In this document: one piece after another, positions 62,928 through 64,000 of the stretch
How positions within the stretch are numbered: the stretch's first letter is position 1
How the letters are laid out: every line of letters starts with the position of its first letter
NCBI RefSeq assembly: GCF_000189555.1
Contig: NC_017276.1
From: Saccharolobus islandicus REY15A
GTDB lineage: Archaea > Thermoproteota > Thermoprotei_A > Sulfolobales > Sulfolobaceae
Reading direction: 5' to 3' (one strand)
Length of the DNA: 64,000 nt
Translations under genes and position numbers: made by a program
The notes under the pieces: model-generated
Database searches by the model: none
Told to the model about the DNA's origin: nothing
The model's input: the letters and a program-made list of their open reading frames with translations, nothing else

Positions 62928-64000
62928 ATGGGAATTAAGTTACCCACATTGGAGGATTTAAGAGAGATTTCTAGACAATTTAATTTAGATCTAGAGGATG
63001 AGGAGTTAAAATCCTTTTTGTCATTAGTAAAACTGCAGTTAGAATCCTATGAGAGGTTAGACTCCTTACCAGATTATACTCCAAAAGTTAAATATCAGAG
63101 AACATTAGGTCGATCACCTGTGAAAGAGGAGAATCCTTATGGTGCTTTAGTGTGGGTAACTTCAATAAAGGGTAAGGAAGAGGGTAAGTTAAAGGGAAAA
63201 AGGATTTGCATTAAGGACAATGTGATGGTAGCGGGTATACCTATGCTTAACGGATCAAAAATGTTAGAAGGTTTTGTCCCGAATATGGATGCTACTGTAG
63301 TTTCAAGGATTCTGGATGAGGCTGGAGAAATCGTAGCTAAGACTACGTGTGAGGATCTATGCTTCTCAGGAGGTAGTCATACGTCTTATCCTTGGCCAGT
63401 ACTAAATCCGAGAAATCCCGAATATATGGCAGGAGGATCATCAAGCGGTAGTGCTGTAGCAGTAGCTTCTGGCTATTGTGATATGGCTGTTGGAGGGGAT
63501 CAAGGAGGTTCAATTAGAATTCCCAGTTCGTGGGTTGGGATATATGGACTAAAACCGACTTATGGACTAGTTCCATATACTGGTGCTTTCTCTATCGAGC
63601 CCACATTAGATCACCTAGGACCTATGGCTAATACGGTAAGGGATATAGCATTACTTTTGGAGGTAATAGCGGGAAGAGACGGATTAGATCCAAGACAGCC
63701 AGATAGTTTACCTCAACCTCCGGTTAAACCTTATTTGAACCTTATTGATGGCGAGATAAAGGGTATAAAAGTAGGTATAGTTAAGGAAGGGTTTAATTGG
63801 CCAAATTCGGAAAAGGACGTTGATGAGTTGGTGTTGGATTCTGCTAAGAAGTTAGAAGATTATGGGATTAAGGTAGAAGAGGTCTCCATACCTCTTCATA
63901 GAATGGGATTGGATATATGGACTCCCATTGGCATTGAGGGTGCTACAGCCACTATGATATTGGGAAGTGGGCTAGGATGGGGAAGGAAGGGTTTATTTGA
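62928..64000 (+). CDS. Amidase signature family enzyme (partial, runs off the window)
   Basis: [11 protein letters not shown]..., IKDN, GGSSSGS and [11 protein letters not shown] (Ser-cisSer-Lys triad); no stop within the window. Confidence 0.95.
   Translation, partial: MGIKLPTLEDLREISRQFNLDLEDEELKSFLSLVKLQLESYERLDSLPDYTPKVKYQRTLGRSPVKEENPYGALVWVTSIKGKEEGKLKGKRICIKDNVMVAGIPMLNGSKMLEGFVPNMDATVVSRILDEAGEIVAKTTCEDLCFSGGSHTSYPWPVLNPRNPEYMAGGSSSGSAVAVASGYCDMAVGGDQGGSIRIPSSWVGIYGLKPTYGLVPYTGAFSIEPTLDHLGPMANTVRDIALLLEVIAGRDGLDPRQPDSLPQPPVKPYLNLIDGEIKGIKVGIVKEGFNWPNSEKDVDELVLDSAKKLEDYGIKVEEVSIPLHRMGLDIWTPIGIEGATATMILGSGLGWGRKGLF

Overview
AT-rich Sulfolobales chromosome segment; the lactonase and Lrp proteins match what I recall for Saccharolobus (Sulfolobus) islandicus. 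(1) 1-3.8 kb: end of ogt, then a nested IS stack in which an IS200/IS605 tnpB element has ISH3-type insertions in both terminal hairpin loops plus an IS5-type element. (2) 4-7.8 kb: sulfocyanin-like blue copper protein, a Cys-Cys membrane protein, an Fe-ADH and a ParA-like ORF. (3) 8-38.5 kb: a FadR(TetR)-associated fatty acid/lipid/lactone/glycerol catabolic cluster (esterases, thiolases plus DUF35, acyl-CoA dehydrogenases, R2lox, HpaB-like oxygenase, START and SCP2 proteins, acyl-CoA ligases, PLL lactonase, GlpA/CoxG, IS-truncated glpK). (4) 38.5-52.7 kb: a decayed accessory zone (PadR-ABC exporter, IS630/IS5/IS110/IS1 remnants, dead HEPN-MNT pair, YHS-Rdx fusion, GH12 cellulase, YjbQ, transglutaminase-like protein, SMN1-like MITE). 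(5) 52.9-64 kb: the Ss-LrpB-type regulon, whose three-subunit 2-oxoacid:ferredoxin oxidoreductase carries the oxalate-oxidoreductase signature (YPIRPYT, gamma-delta fusion) next to an OxlT-like antiporter and a lactate/glycolate permease, then an IS1 remnant and an amidase. The most promising lead is this candidate archaeal oxalate/C2-acid oxidation module. No CRISPR array, tRNA or rRNA was seen. All family assignments come from motif reading and memory; no searches were run.
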